64,000 bases of DNA. Origin: Deltaproteobacteria bacterium (GTDB taxonomy: Bacteria; Myxococcota; Myxococcia; Myxococcales; 40CM-4-68-19). Position numbers and translations under genes: made by a program. Below the pieces are notes generated by a model that was not told the DNA's origin, searched no databases, and saw only the letters and a list, made by a program, of their open reading frames with translations. The stretch lies in assembly GCA_005879535.1 (NCBI GenBank), contig VBKI01000047.1, forward strand, positions 88,731 to 152,730, given 5' to 3'. This document shows positions 27,788-39,660 of this stretch, in pieces; the stretch's first letter is position 1, and each line of letters begins with the position of its first letter.

Positions 27788-28920
27788 TCCGGCGACCCGA
27801 TCAGGCGGCGAAGTGGACGGGGGACGAGTCCGATCGGCCGGAAGAGCAGGGTGAGGACGACCATCGCCGCAAACATCAGGAACCGGTACTCCTGGATGAT
27901 CTGCAGCTTCTCCGGGAGGAGGATGACGATGGCAGTCGCCAGCGAGAGTCCCCAGGGATTGCCGATGCCACCGAGCAACAGGATGGAGACGAAGATCAGC
28001 GATTCCGCGAACGTGTAGTTGTTCGGCGCGATGAAGCCGATCATGAACGCCGAGAGCGCGCCGGCGACTCCGATGACGAAGTTGCCGATGACGAAGGCGG
28101 CGATCTTCCAGCGAGCGATGTCCATTCCGAAGCTCGCGGCGGCGATCTCGTCCAGACGCACGGTGTCGAGAGCGACGCCGATCCAGGAGCGTTCGAGGCG
28201 CTGGACGACGGCAAAGGCGAGCGCGAGCAGGACGAGCGCGACCGCGATGTACTTCAGATAGAACGAGCCCTCGAAGGGGCCGATCTGCATGCGGTCGTTG
28301 AATCGCACCGGTCCGATGCGCATCTCGCCCAGCTTCAGTCCCTGCGGCCCGCCGAGCGCGTCGTTCACTTCCAGGAAGGTGCGAAACAACAGGGCGAACG
28401 CGATGGTGATCAGCGCCGCGTAGTGGCCGCGGGTCCTCAGGATCGGCAGGAGGAGGACCGTTCCCGCCAGGGCCGCGGTCGCGCCGCCTGCGAGCAGGAC
28501 GAGAAGGTGGGGAAGTCCCGTTGCACGCGCGAGGACTGCCGCCGTGTATCCCCCGACGCCGAAGAAGCTCGCTCCGGCGAAGTTGACGACGCCGGCGTAG
28601 CCGAACTGCACGTTCAGGCCCAGGCAAGCGACGATGACGATCAACACCCGCGTGAGCAGCAGCAGCGCGAAGTCGTCCTCGCGCAGGATGAGCGCGAGCG
28701 CGACCACGGCGGCGAAAGCGAGGCCTCTTGCGAGCCGCTCGTTGCTGCCGATCGCCTTCGAAAACGGCTCCAGCAGCCGGGTCCGGATGGCCACGGCCCC
28801 GGCGGCAATGCCGAGAACGATGAGCGCCGCGATCGCGCGTTGCGATTCCGCCCGCAGCAGGAACCAGACGTAAGCCGTGGCTACAGCCGTGAAGAGGATT
28901 GCGAGAGCGCGCGATCTCAT
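27784..28920 (-). CDS. livM: branched-chain-amino-acid-type ABC transporter permease
   Basis: The ATG at 28920 overlaps the livH stop (ATGA). The protein is polytopic: ...GLNVQFGYAGVVNFAGASFFGVGGY... Confidence 0.9.
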   Translation of the reverse strand: MRSRALAILFTAVATAYVWFLLRAESQRAIAALIVLGIAAGAVAIRTRLLEPFSKAIGSNERLARGLAFAAVVALALILREDDFALLLLTRVLIVIVACLGLNVQFGYAGVVNFAGASFFGVGGYTAAVLARATGLPHLLVLLAGGATAALAGTVLLLPILRTRGHYAALITIAFALLFRTFLEVNDALGGPQGLKLGEMRIGPVRFNDRMQIGPFEGSFYLKYIAVALVLLALAFAVVQRLERSWIGVALDTVRLDEIAAASFGMDIARWKIAAFVIGNFVIGVAGALSAFMIGFIAPNNYTFAESLIFVSILLLGGIGNPWGLSLATAIVILLPEKLQIIQEYRFLMFAAMVVLTLLFRPIGLVPRPLRRLIGSPE

Positions 28921-29837
28921 ACCCGCTCGCTCGCGCTTTCGCCGATCAGGCCGGTGGGCCGGATCGCCATCAATAGAATCACGACACCGAAGGCGAACAC
29001 GTCCTTGTACGCGCTGGCGAACGGGAGCGCGACGGCGCCGACGGTCTGCAGCGCCGCGAAGAGGAAGCCGCCCACGATCGCGCCGTACATGTTCCCGAGG
29101 CCGCCGAGGATCGCCGCCGCGAACCCGATGACGCCGAGGAGCAACCCCATCCCGAAGAACACTTCGTTGTAGTAGAGGCCGTCCATCACGCCGGCGAACG
29201 CAGCCAGGACGGACCCGAGCGCGAACGTGACCAGCACCACGCGCCGGAAATCGATGCCCATGGTGCGCGCGGTCTCCTCGTCCTGGGCGACGGCACGGAT
29301 GGCGAGTCCCAGCCGCGTGCGCCCGATCAGCAGATGCGTACCGGCGATGAGCAGGCCACCCGCGACGAGGAGGATGACGTTGTCGAACCGCAGGTGGAAG
29401 GCTCCGATGTTCCAGCCGGAGGTGGGGAGCAGGGCGGGAAAGAGCTTGGGCTGGGAGCCTCCCGGATAGAAGAGCCGGATGCATTCGCGCAGGACGGTGC
29501 CCCCCATCAGCGTGACCAGGAGCACGTTGAGCTGCGGCGCGGTCTTCACCGGCAGCACGATGAAACGTGCCACGACTGCGCCGAGCAGCGCGGTGACGAT
29601 CGCCGCCGTCGCGATCACCGCGATCAGCAGCAAGCCCGGCGAGGTCATGCCGGCCGCGGTGAGCAACGTCCAGGCGGCGAGGCCGGAGAAGGCGCCCGCC
29701 GCCACCACGTCGCCGTGGGAGAACTGGATGATGTCCAGCACGCCGAAGAAGAGCGTGAATCCGACCGCGACCAGCGCGTACATCATCCCGAGCATCGCGC
29801 CGTTCATCACGTACTGCGCGATGACGCTCAGGGACAT
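28917..29837 (-). CDS. livH: branched-chain-amino-acid-type ABC transporter permease
   Basis: MSLSVIAQYVMNGAMLGMMYALVAVGFTLFFGVLDIIQFSHGD... is a typical LivH N-terminus. Confidence 0.9.
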   Translation of the reverse strand: MSLSVIAQYVMNGAMLGMMYALVAVGFTLFFGVLDIIQFSHGDVVAAGAFSGLAAWTLLTAAGMTSPGLLLIAVIATAAIVTALLGAVVARFIVLPVKTAPQLNVLLVTLMGGTVLRECIRLFYPGGSQPKLFPALLPTSGWNIGAFHLRFDNVILLVAGGLLIAGTHLLIGRTRLGLAIRAVAQDEETARTMGIDFRRVVLVTFALGSVLAAFAGVMDGLYYNEVFFGMGLLLGVIGFAAAILGGLGNMYGAIVGGFLFAALQTVGAVALPFASAYKDVFAFGVVILLMAIRPTGLIGESASERV

Positions 29838-29840
29838 GCG

Positions 29841-30903
29841 CTACTTCCCGCCGGTCAGCTTCCGCTTTCCGCTCGCGTATTCGCTCTCTTCCCAGGTCAG
29901 CCACTTGCCGTCCTGCACCACGTACTTCGCGATCGCAGGGACGGTGTTCTGGCCGTGGTCGTCGAAGGTGATCTTGCCGACGATGGAGTCGCGATCCTTC
30001 ACGTTCGCCAGCTCCTTGATGATCTTCTTGCGATCCGGTCCCGCCTTCTCGATGGCGTCCATCAGGAGCTCGGCGGCGGCATAGGCGAACGGTCCGTAGG
30101 CTTCCGGCGGATTCGAATAGCCCTGCTTGTTGTAGTCCTCGAGAAACTTCTTCCCGCCGGGCAGCTTCTCGGCAGGAGCTCCCTCGCGGAAGGCCAGCGC
30201 GCCTTCGGCGAGCGGTCCCAGCGCCTTGATGAAGTCGTCGTTGACGATTCCGGACGTGCCGTCGAACTGCGCCTTGAGGCCGAGCTTGTCCATCTGCGCG
30301 CGGATGCGGACGCCGATGGGAGTGAGGCCACCAAAATAGATCGCCTCCGGGTTCTGCGCCTTGATCTGCGTCAGCTCTGCGGTGAAGTCCTGCTGGTCGG
30401 CGGTGACGCCGAAAGTGGCCACGATCTGCCCGCCGCTCTTTCCGAAGAACTGGCTGAAGTACTTGTTGTGACCCTTGCCGTAGTCGGCCGTTGACGCGGT
30501 GGATCTCCTTGAAGTCGTGCGCGTAGGTGATGTCCGGAAGCACGGCACCCCAGACGATCGCCGGAAGCCCGAAGCGGTGGTACGTGTCGACCGTCGCCAT
30601 GGCCACCACCGAGCAGTAGTGGGTCACGCCCCCGACGACGGTGCGATCGGAGCCGGCCTTGGTGGCCATCTGCACGCCGGCGTCGGGCTTGCACTCGTCG
30701 TCGAGCACGAGAAGCTCGTACTGGTACTTCGCCTTGGCGTCCGCGTTGCGCAGCTTGACCGCCAGGTCGGCGGAATTGCGGCCGCCGAGGCCGATGGCGG
30801 AGTTGCCGCCGGTGAGCGGGCCGACGAACGCAATGCGGACGGTCTCCTTGGCGCGCGCGGAGAGGGAAAGCGTGGCGATCAGCGCTGCGGCCGCGAATCT
30901 CAT
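29841..30903 (-). pseudogene. LivK/AmiC-like periplasmic binding protein, disrupted (frameshift plus apparent internal deletion)
   Basis: The N-terminal part is in the frame of ORF 27784..30903 (MRFAAAALIATLSLSARA KETVRIAFVGPLTGGNSAIG...DFKEIHRVNG). The C-terminal part is in ORF 29841..30548 (...ADYGKGHNKYFSQFFGKSGGQIV...). The frames meet at about 30486-30490. The segment that normally separates the F-R-V and D-Y-G-x-G motifs in this family, roughly 25-35 residues, is missing. Confidence 0.7.
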
Positions 30904-31016
30904 TTTGCGCCTCCTGGGCAGCGGGACGGGCGCGTGAAGCTATCAAAAACCCGCCGCAGAGACATCGCCGGTCCGAAGGTTTATAAGTCGCGCCATCCCA
31001 AACCTGGAGGACGGGT

Positions 31017-32360
31017 ATGAGGAAGACGCTCCCCGTCGCGCTGTCGCTCTTGATGTCGCAAGCCGCCTTTGCCGAAGTGGTCGTGCTGCAGGGGGCCACC
31101 CTGATCGACGGAACGGGACGGCCTCCACTGAAGAACGCGGTGCTGGTCATCGACGCAGGGCGCATCTCCGCCGTCGGTCCGGCGGACAAGGTGAAGGCGC
31201 CCCCAGGCGCGCGGGCGCTCGATCTCAAGGGCCGGACCATCATCCCGGGCTTGATCAATGCGCACGGTCACGTCGGGCTCGTGGTGGGCGGCCAGAGCCG
31301 CGCGGATGGATACACGCGCGAGAACGTCCAGACCCAGCTCCTGCAGTACGAGCGCTACGGCGTCACCTCGGTGCTCACGCTCGGTCTCAACCGCGATCTC
31401 GTCTACGACGTGCGCGATGAGCAGCGCCGCGGGACCGTGCCGGGTGCCACGCTCTTCACGGCTGGCCGCGGCATCGGCGTCCCCGATGGAGCGCCGCCGG
31501 TGCCGTCCGCGCCGGATCAGGTATACCGGCCGAGGACGCCGGAGGAAGCGGTGGCGAACGTCGAGGAGGCCGCCGCGCGCAAGCCCGACTACTTCAAGAT
31601 CTGGGTCGACGACGTCTTCGGAAAGTTTCCCAAGATGGACCCGGCGGTGTTCAAGGCCGCCATCGATGCCGCGCATCGCCATTCGATCAAGGTGGCGTCC
31701 CACGTGTTCTACCTCGGCGACGCGAAGGCGGTGATCACGAGCGGCGTCGACGCGCTGGCGCACAGCGTCCGCGACCAGCCGGTGGACGACGAGCTGGTGG
31801 CGATGATGAAGAAGCGCGGCACGTTCTACGTCGCGACCTTGAACGTCGACGCCTCGTTCTCTGCCTTCGCGGACGATCCGGCGCTGCTCGACGATCCGTT
31901 TCTCACCGCCGCGCTGCCGCCGGACTCGGTGCAGCAGTTCCGGAGTCCCGAATATCGGGCGAAGGTCGCAGCCGATCCCAACGTGCCCAAAGCGCGCGCG
32001 GCGCTCGAGAACGGGATGCGCAATCTCAAGACGCTGCACGCAAGGGGCGTGCACATCGCCTTCGGAACAGATTCCGGCGCAAATCCCGTGCGCATCCAGG
32101 GCTGGGGCGAGCATCGCGAGCTGGAACTGATGGTCAAGGCAGGCCTTTCTCCGATGGACGCGCTGGTCGCCGCGACGCGGGGAAGCGCGACAATGCTTGG
32201 CATTTCCGATCGCGGGACGCTGGAAAAGGGCAAACGGGCTGATCTTCTCGTGCTTGCCGGGAACCCGCTCGACGACATCCGGAACACGCGCAAGCTCGTT
32301 TCCGTCTGGCACGACGGAAGGGAGATCCAGCCGCTCGTTGCGTCGGCGTCGGCGCGGTGA
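31017..32360 (+). CDS. exported amidohydrolase-family protein
   Basis: Signal peptide MRKTLPVALSLLMSQAAFA. ...IIPGLINAHGHV...HSVRD...AFGTDSG... are the metal-binding motifs of the amidohydrolase superfamily. Confidence 0.85.
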   Translation: MRKTLPVALSLLMSQAAFAEVVVLQGATLIDGTGRPPLKNAVLVIDAGRISAVGPADKVKAPPGARALDLKGRTIIPGLINAHGHVGLVVGGQSRADGYTRENVQTQLLQYERYGVTSVLTLGLNRDLVYDVRDEQRRGTVPGATLFTAGRGIGVPDGAPPVPSAPDQVYRPRTPEEAVANVEEAAARKPDYFKIWVDDVFGKFPKMDPAVFKAAIDAAHRHSIKVASHVFYLGDAKAVITSGVDALAHSVRDQPVDDELVAMMKKRGTFYVATLNVDASFSAFADDPALLDDPFLTAALPPDSVQQFRSPEYRAKVAADPNVPKARAALENGMRNLKTLHARGVHIAFGTDSGANPVRIQGWGEHRELELMVKAGLSPMDALVAATRGSATMLGISDRGTLEKGKRADLLVLAGNPLDDIRNTRKLVSVWHDGREIQPLVASASAR

Positions 32361-32474
32361 CCGCGCGGGATCGGTAGCCCCCCGTTTGCGATTCGCAAGT
32401 CGGCAAGTGTAGGCTGCGCGCGGAATCGAGCAGCGCGGCGAGATCCTGCCGCTGATCGACAGGGGATACGACAT

Positions 32475-35400
32475 ATGAATCCACATCGGACGACGATCCA
32501 GGTCGCTTCGATCCTTCTCTTCTCGGCTGGGGTTGCGGTTGCTCAGGCTCCGGGGACGACGGCTCCCCCGCCGGCCGACCAGCCGGCGGCCACCGAACCC
32601 ACGGTGCCGACGAGCGCGCCGCCAACGACGGAGAGGCGGCAGACCGTGACGGAGGAATTGGTCGTCACCGGGTCCCGCATCCGGCGCAAGGACCTGACCA
32701 CCCCGGCTCCCGTGACGGTCGTGACCAGGGAGCAGTTCGAGAGCAGCGGCAGGATGACCATCGGCGATTACCTGCAGACGATGCCCGAGCAGGGCAACGC
32801 GCCGAACTTCCAGCTCAACACGGGCGGCATCAACTACGGAGCTGACGGCACCACCCGCATCAACCTGCGCAGCCTCGGGATCCAGCGCACGCTCGTGCTG
32901 ATCAACGGGCGCCGCGTGGTGCCGGGCGGACTCGGCGCCTCCGCGGCGGTGGACCTGAACACCATCCCCACCGAGGCCATCGAGCGGGTCGAGGTGCTGA
33001 AGGACGGCGCCTCCGCCGTCTACGGTTCCGACGCCATCGCAGGAGTGGTGAACGTCATCACGCGCCGCAGCTTCAACGGTACCGACCTCGGCGCGCAGTA
33101 CGGCCTGTCGGGGAAGGGCGACGCGCAGACGTTCGATGCGCACGTCACCACCGGGACCCAGGGCGACACCGCGGGTGCCATCTTCTCGGCGCGCTACTTC
33201 AACCAGCGGGACTCCTGGCTGCGCGACCGGAACTGGTCGCAGCAGGCCCTCGACTACGACTACACCGGCGGCGGGGTGACCCCGAGCGGCAGCAGCCGCG
33301 TCCCCCAGGGTGCGCTGCGGATTCCCGAGGACCCGAACAACCCCGGTACACCGCTGTGCAACGGCAACCCGTTCTGCACCGCCTTGACCAACACCCTGGG
33401 CTGGTCGGTCACCCAGCGCTACATCCGCAACAGCACCTCGTCCGCCGGGTCGACGCCGGTCGTCTGCACGACCGTGCTGGGACAGCCGGAGTGCTTCCGC
33501 AAATTCAATACGGCGGCCCCCGACAACAATGGGACCGGCAACGACTTCTACAACTTCGCCGCCCAGAACTATCTCACCATCCCCTCGACGACGATCCAGG
33601 GCTTCTCGGCGGGTGAAGTAAAGTTCCCGGTGGCCCGCGGGTACTACGAGCTCTCGTACACGCAGCGCAACTCGACACAGAACGCGGCGCCGATGCCGCT
33701 CAACCCCGGCGACTACAACAACATCGTCTACTCCAAGGACAGCGTCTACAACCCCTTCGGCACCGACCTGAGCTTCCTCGGCCGCCGTCTCGTCGAGTTC
33801 GGCAACCGCACGTATTCCGAAGACCTGTCCACGTTCCGCGTGGTGACCGGCATCGACGGCACGCTACCTGATGTCTTCGGTCCGGCGCAGGGATGGTTCT
33901 GGAACGCGTCCGCAAATTACGGCCGCACCGCGGGCACGTTCACCACCGGTGGATCCTTCCGCAACTCCCGGGTCCAGAGCGCGACGGGGCCGAGCGTGCC
34001 CAGCCCGAACGGCCCGGTATGCGTCCAGACGCCCGGCCAAATCAGCACGGAGGTCGCCGGCTGCACCCCGCTCAATCTCCTCGGCGGACCGGGGAGCATC
34101 CAGAGCGCGCAGCAGGACTATCTGGGTTTCACGGGCACTTCCCGCGCTTACGATCAGCTCTTCACCGCGGGTGCCGACCTCGCCGGCGACCTGTTCCCGC
34201 TCGCCGCGGACCGCCCCGTGTCGCTCGCGCTCGGTTACGAGTTCCGTCACCAGCTCGGCTCGCAGATCGCCGATCCCATCGCCGCCGCGGGTGACTCGGC
34301 CGACTTCAACTTCAAGTCGACGAGCGGCGGGTTCCATTCCAACGAAGCGTTCGCTGAGCTGTCGGTGCCAATCCTCGCCAACATGCCCGGTGTCGAAGCG
34401 CTCGAGGCAAGCCTGGCGGGTCGGTATGTGAACTACAGCACCTTCGGCGACAAGTTCACCTACAAGCTGGGAGCGCGCTACACGCCCGTGCGCGATTTCA
34501 CTGTCCGCGGCACCTACTCGACGGCCTTCCGCGCACCCAGCATCTCCGAGCTGTACCTGGGCAACAAGGAAACCGATCCCGCGGCGACAGACCCTTGCGC
34601 CGACCTGGGCGCGGCACCCGGGGGCGCCACGGGGCCGGTCGCCACGCGCTGCAGGAGTGGCGGCGTGACTGGCAGCGGCTCGGGCGACACTGGCCTCCAG
34701 GAACTCACGCGTACCGGCGGCACCCCGACGCTGCAGCCGGAGACGGCGAGGGCCTTCACTGCCGGCCTTGTGTTCCAGCCGCAGGCGGTGCGCAATCTGA
34801 CGTTCACCCTGGACTACTTCAACGTCACCATCGACGATGCCATCGGGCTCACCGGCACGGCCAACATCCTGAATGGTTGTTACGTAGGCGGCGTTTCCGA
34901 GTACTGCGGCCTCATCGTCCGCAACGCCTCCGGCGGCATCCAGTACGTCAATGACTTCTACGCGAACATCGGCCGTATCAGGACTGGCGGCATCGACTTC
35001 GCCGCTCGGTACACGCTGCCCACCGACTTCGGGCGCTTCGCCTTGGGATTCGACGGCAGCTACCTCGCCTTTTACTACATCACCCTCAAGCTGAAGAGCG
35101 GCGACGCAAAGATCCCGGGCAAGGACAACTACGACGCCGGCAGCTTCGGCGCGCTGCCGGCATTCAAAGCCACCGCGAGCCTGGACTGGAGCGTGGGCGG
35201 CTTCATCGCGGGCCTGACCAGCCGGTTCGTCAGCAGCATGAACGAGTGCGCGAACCCGTACGATCCCTCGACGGCCCAGGGCGGCATCTGCAGCGTCATC
35301 AACGTCGATCCCGTCACCGGGACCAGCGTCAGCTCCAACCCGCTCCGGCGGCGGGTGGAATCGTACTACCAGCTGGACGTGCACGCGGGATACACGCTCG

Positions 35401-35558
35401 CGAGCACGCTGGGGAGGACAACCCTCTTCGCGGGCATCATCAACGTGACCGACAAGCAGCCGCCCTACATCTACAGCGCCGCCTTGGCCAATTCCGACCC
35501 CAGCACGTACGACTACATCGGCCGTTACGTGTACGGACGCATCCAGCACCGGTTCTGA
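32475..35558 (+). CDS. TonB-dependent outer-membrane receptor
   Basis: Signal peptide, then a plug domain (...VVTGSRIRRKDLTTPAPVTVV...IERVEVLKDGASAVYGSDAIAGVVNVITR), a long beta-barrel, and a terminal ...YGRIQHRF. Confidence 0.9.
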   Translation: MNPHRTTIQVASILLFSAGVAVAQAPGTTAPPPADQPAATEPTVPTSAPPTTERRQTVTEELVVTGSRIRRKDLTTPAPVTVVTREQFESSGRMTIGDYLQTMPEQGNAPNFQLNTGGINYGADGTTRINLRSLGIQRTLVLINGRRVVPGGLGASAAVDLNTIPTEAIERVEVLKDGASAVYGSDAIAGVVNVITRRSFNGTDLGAQYGLSGKGDAQTFDAHVTTGTQGDTAGAIFSARYFNQRDSWLRDRNWSQQALDYDYTGGGVTPSGSSRVPQGALRIPEDPNNPGTPLCNGNPFCTALTNTLGWSVTQRYIRNSTSSAGSTPVVCTTVLGQPECFRKFNTAAPDNNGTGNDFYNFAAQNYLTIPSTTIQGFSAGEVKFPVARGYYELSYTQRNSTQNAAPMPLNPGDYNNIVYSKDSVYNPFGTDLSFLGRRLVEFGNRTYSEDLSTFRVVTGIDGTLPDVFGPAQGWFWNASANYGRTAGTFTTGGSFRNSRVQSATGPSVPSPNGPVCVQTPGQISTEVAGCTPLNLLGGPGSIQSAQQDYLGFTGTSRAYDQLFTAGADLAGDLFPLAADRPVSLALGYEFRHQLGSQIADPIAAAGDSADFNFKSTSGGFHSNEAFAELSVPILANMPGVEALEASLAGRYVNYSTFGDKFTYKLGARYTPVRDFTVRGTYSTAFRAPSISELYLGNKETDPAATDPCADLGAAPGGATGPVATRCRSGGVTGSGSGDTGLQELTRTGGTPTLQPETARAFTAGLVFQPQAVRNLTFTLDYFNVTIDDAIGLTGTANILNGCYVGGVSEYCGLIVRNASGGIQYVNDFYANIGRIRTGGIDFAARYTLPTDFGRFALGFDGSYLAFYYITLKLKSGDAKIPGKDNYDAGSFGALPAFKATASLDWSVGGFIAGLTSRFVSSMNECANPYDPSTAQGGICSVINVDPVTGTSVSSNPLRRRVESYYQLDVHAGYTLASTLGRTTLFAGIINVTDKQPPYIYSAALANSDPSTYDYIGRYVYGRIQHRF

Positions 35559-35610
35559 GAGGCACGTTGCCGCCGGCGGCGCGGTCGCTCGCGCTGCCGG
35601 CGGAATGAGG

Positions 35611-37703
<2,093 letters not shown>

Positions 37704-37707
<4 letters not shown>

Positions 37708-38126
37708 TTCGCGGCTCCAGGGGCGATGCGCGCCAGCGCTTCGCGGATGGGCGGAGGAATGGGCGCCGGCCGGCGGGTCGCCCGGTCGACGAACACGTGC
37801 ACGAACGACCCCTGGGCGCAGAGCACCTGGCCATGGAAGATGCCGATCGCGTAGCGCACGCTGCTATTGCCCAGCTTTTCCACCCGCAGTCCCGCGGCGA
37901 TGGTGTCAGGGAAGGCGATGGAGTGCTTGTAGGCACATTGCGACTCGACGCAGACGCCGATCACGGCGCCGCGGTCGATGTCGAGCCCGCCTTCCTCGAC
38001 CAGGAAGCGGTTGATGACCGTATCGAAGTACGCGTAGTAGACCACGTTGTTGACGTGGCCGTAGACGTCGTTGTCGTTCCAGCGCGTCTGGATCTCCAAC
38101 AGATGCGGGAAGTCGTCCGGCGTCAT
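37704..38126 (-). CDS. acyl-CoA thioesterase (4HBT/YbgC-like hotdog fold)
   Basis: The ATG at 38126 gives MTPDDFPHLLEIQTRWNDNDVYGHVNNVVYYAYFD..., the hotdog catalytic region. Confidence 0.8.
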
Positions 38127-38431
38127 TTCGGGGTGCCGCAGTCGTAGGCCTTGGCGGCGACGGTGACCACGTCGGGAGAGACGGACTCGCTGTCGTAGAC
38201 GAAGTCCGTTGCTCCGGATGCCGCGCACTTGATGCGCGCCTCCGCCCGGGCCTGCAGGAGCCCCTGCTCGCCCGCCTGGGTTGACGAGCCGACGAAGCGG
38301 CCCAGCATCGTGCAGGCCTTCACCGTCTCCTCGTCCTTCGCTTCGTGCATCGCCTCGACGCGCTCGGGCGCGACCTTCGGAGTGCTTGCGCAAAACGCGA
38401 ACATGCTGGCGAGGAGAAAGGATCCACGCAT
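38123..38431 (-). CDS. small lipoprotein (DUF4156-like)
   Basis: MRGSFLLASMFAFCAS is a lipobox. Two Cys pairs are present. The stop overlaps the thioesterase start (ATGA). Confidence 0.6.
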   Translation of the reverse strand: MRGSFLLASMFAFCASTPKVAPERVEAMHEAKDEETVKACTMLGRFVGSSTQAGEQGLLQARAEARIKCAASGATDFVYDSESVSPDVVTVAAKAYDCGTPK

Positions 38432-38524
38432 GCGAGCGTCTTTATGTCATCGTCATTCCGCCGTCCACGACCAGCGGTCCAGATTCAGGAACCGACACGA
38501 GATTTGTGAGGCCGATCACCTCGC

Positions 38525-39658
38525 TTGACGCATCTTCAGCAGATCGCTTACACACGCGAAGTCTTGAGCCGGATCCGTCCATCTTCCTCGCCGGAGCCGG
38601 CTTCCTGCATCGCGCGCGCCCTCCACCAGCGCCTGCCCGACCGCATCCGGGGCGCCGGCACCCTCTATCTGTGGCTCCGGCGCGGGCGGACGGCGTTGCG
38701 CGTCGCCCGGCGGCTGGCCTCCGCCGGGTGGGAGCACGACTTCATCGACGCCTGCGCGCGGATCCCGCTCGGCAACGGCGACGTCCAGGTCTGCACGGCG
38801 GAGCTCTGCTCGGCGCTGAGCGAGGCGGAGGCGCAGGCCACCCGCGCCCTCTTCGTCCCCGGAGAGGGCGTTCCGCAGCTTCCGGACTTCGCCCGGATGA
38901 CCTCGCTGCACGCGCTCGACGTTCTCGCGCGGTCGGGGTGGCTGCTCGATCAGCTCGCCGAAGGGCGATTCGTCAGCTTCTTCCATCCCATCGTGCACGC
39001 GGAGGATACCGGCCGCGTCTTTGCCCACGAGGCGCTCCTGCGCGGCGTGGAGCGCGACGGCTCCATCATCGACGCCCAGCCCATCCTCACGCTCGCGCGC
39101 GAGGCCGACCTGCTCTCGGAGGTCGACTCGGCGGCGTGCCGGAGCGCGATCCGCGAGGCGGCGCGCCACGGACCGGGGATGTGCGTATTCATCAATTTCT
39201 CCCCGGCCGCGATCCGCGACCCCGAGGCGCACCTGAACTCGACGGTGATGGCCATCGAGGAGGTCGACCTGCCGCGCGAGCGGGTCGTCTTCGAGGTCAC
39301 GGAGGCCGATCGTTACGGCGACTCTCCGCGCCTGCAGCAGGTGCTCAACGCATACCGGCGCGCGGGCTTCCGGGTGGCGCTCGACGACCTCGGCGCAGGG
39401 TGGTCGACGCTCAATCTGGTGCACCGGGTGCGCCCGGACTTCATCAAGCTGGACCGGGAGTTGATCCGCGGCGTGCACGACGACCCGGTGAAGGCCCTCA
39501 TCGCCCGCAAGCTGCTCGAGATCGGCCATGGCATGCGCATCGGCACCATCGTGGAAGGGATCGAAGAGGAGGCGGAGTTGTCCTGGGTCCGCGACAACGG
39601 CGCCGATTTCGTGCAGGGGTTCTTGCTCGGCAGGCCTTCTCCGGTAGTGAGGAGCTAG
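38525..39658 (+). CDS. EAL-domain c-di-GMP phosphodiesterase with uncharacterised ~130-aa N-terminal domain
   Basis: EAL-domain residues are present: HEALLRG, FINFSP, FEVTE, LDDLGAG, IKLDRE, VEGIEEE, QGFLLGRP. Confidence 0.85.
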   Translation: MTHLQQIAYTREVLSRIRPSSSPEPASCIARALHQRLPDRIRGAGTLYLWLRRGRTALRVARRLASAGWEHDFIDACARIPLGNGDVQVCTAELCSALSEAEAQATRALFVPGEGVPQLPDFARMTSLHALDVLARSGWLLDQLAEGRFVSFFHPIVHAEDTGRVFAHEALLRGVERDGSIIDAQPILTLAREADLLSEVDSAACRSAIREAARHGPGMCVFINFSPAAIRDPEAHLNSTVMAIEEVDLPRERVVFEVTEADRYGDSPRLQQVLNAYRRAGFRVALDDLGAGWSTLNLVHRVRPDFIKLDRELIRGVHDDPVKALIARKLLEIGHGMRIGTIVEGIEEEAELSWVRDNGADFVQGFLLGRPSPVVRS

Positions 39659-39660
39659 CG

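Noticed and set aside
27784-30903. 1039-aa minus-strand ORF
   Set aside because: It is a chance concatenation. It holds the N-terminus of the binding protein, then an out-of-frame stretch through livH, then the genuine livM (27784-28920).
35570-35603. Inverted repeat CCGCCGGC / GCCGGCGG between the convergent TonB receptor and ptrB genes, considered as a terminator
   Set aside because: It has an 8-bp stem with an 18-nt loop and no U tract on either strand. That is too weak to call as a feature, although it may contribute to termination.
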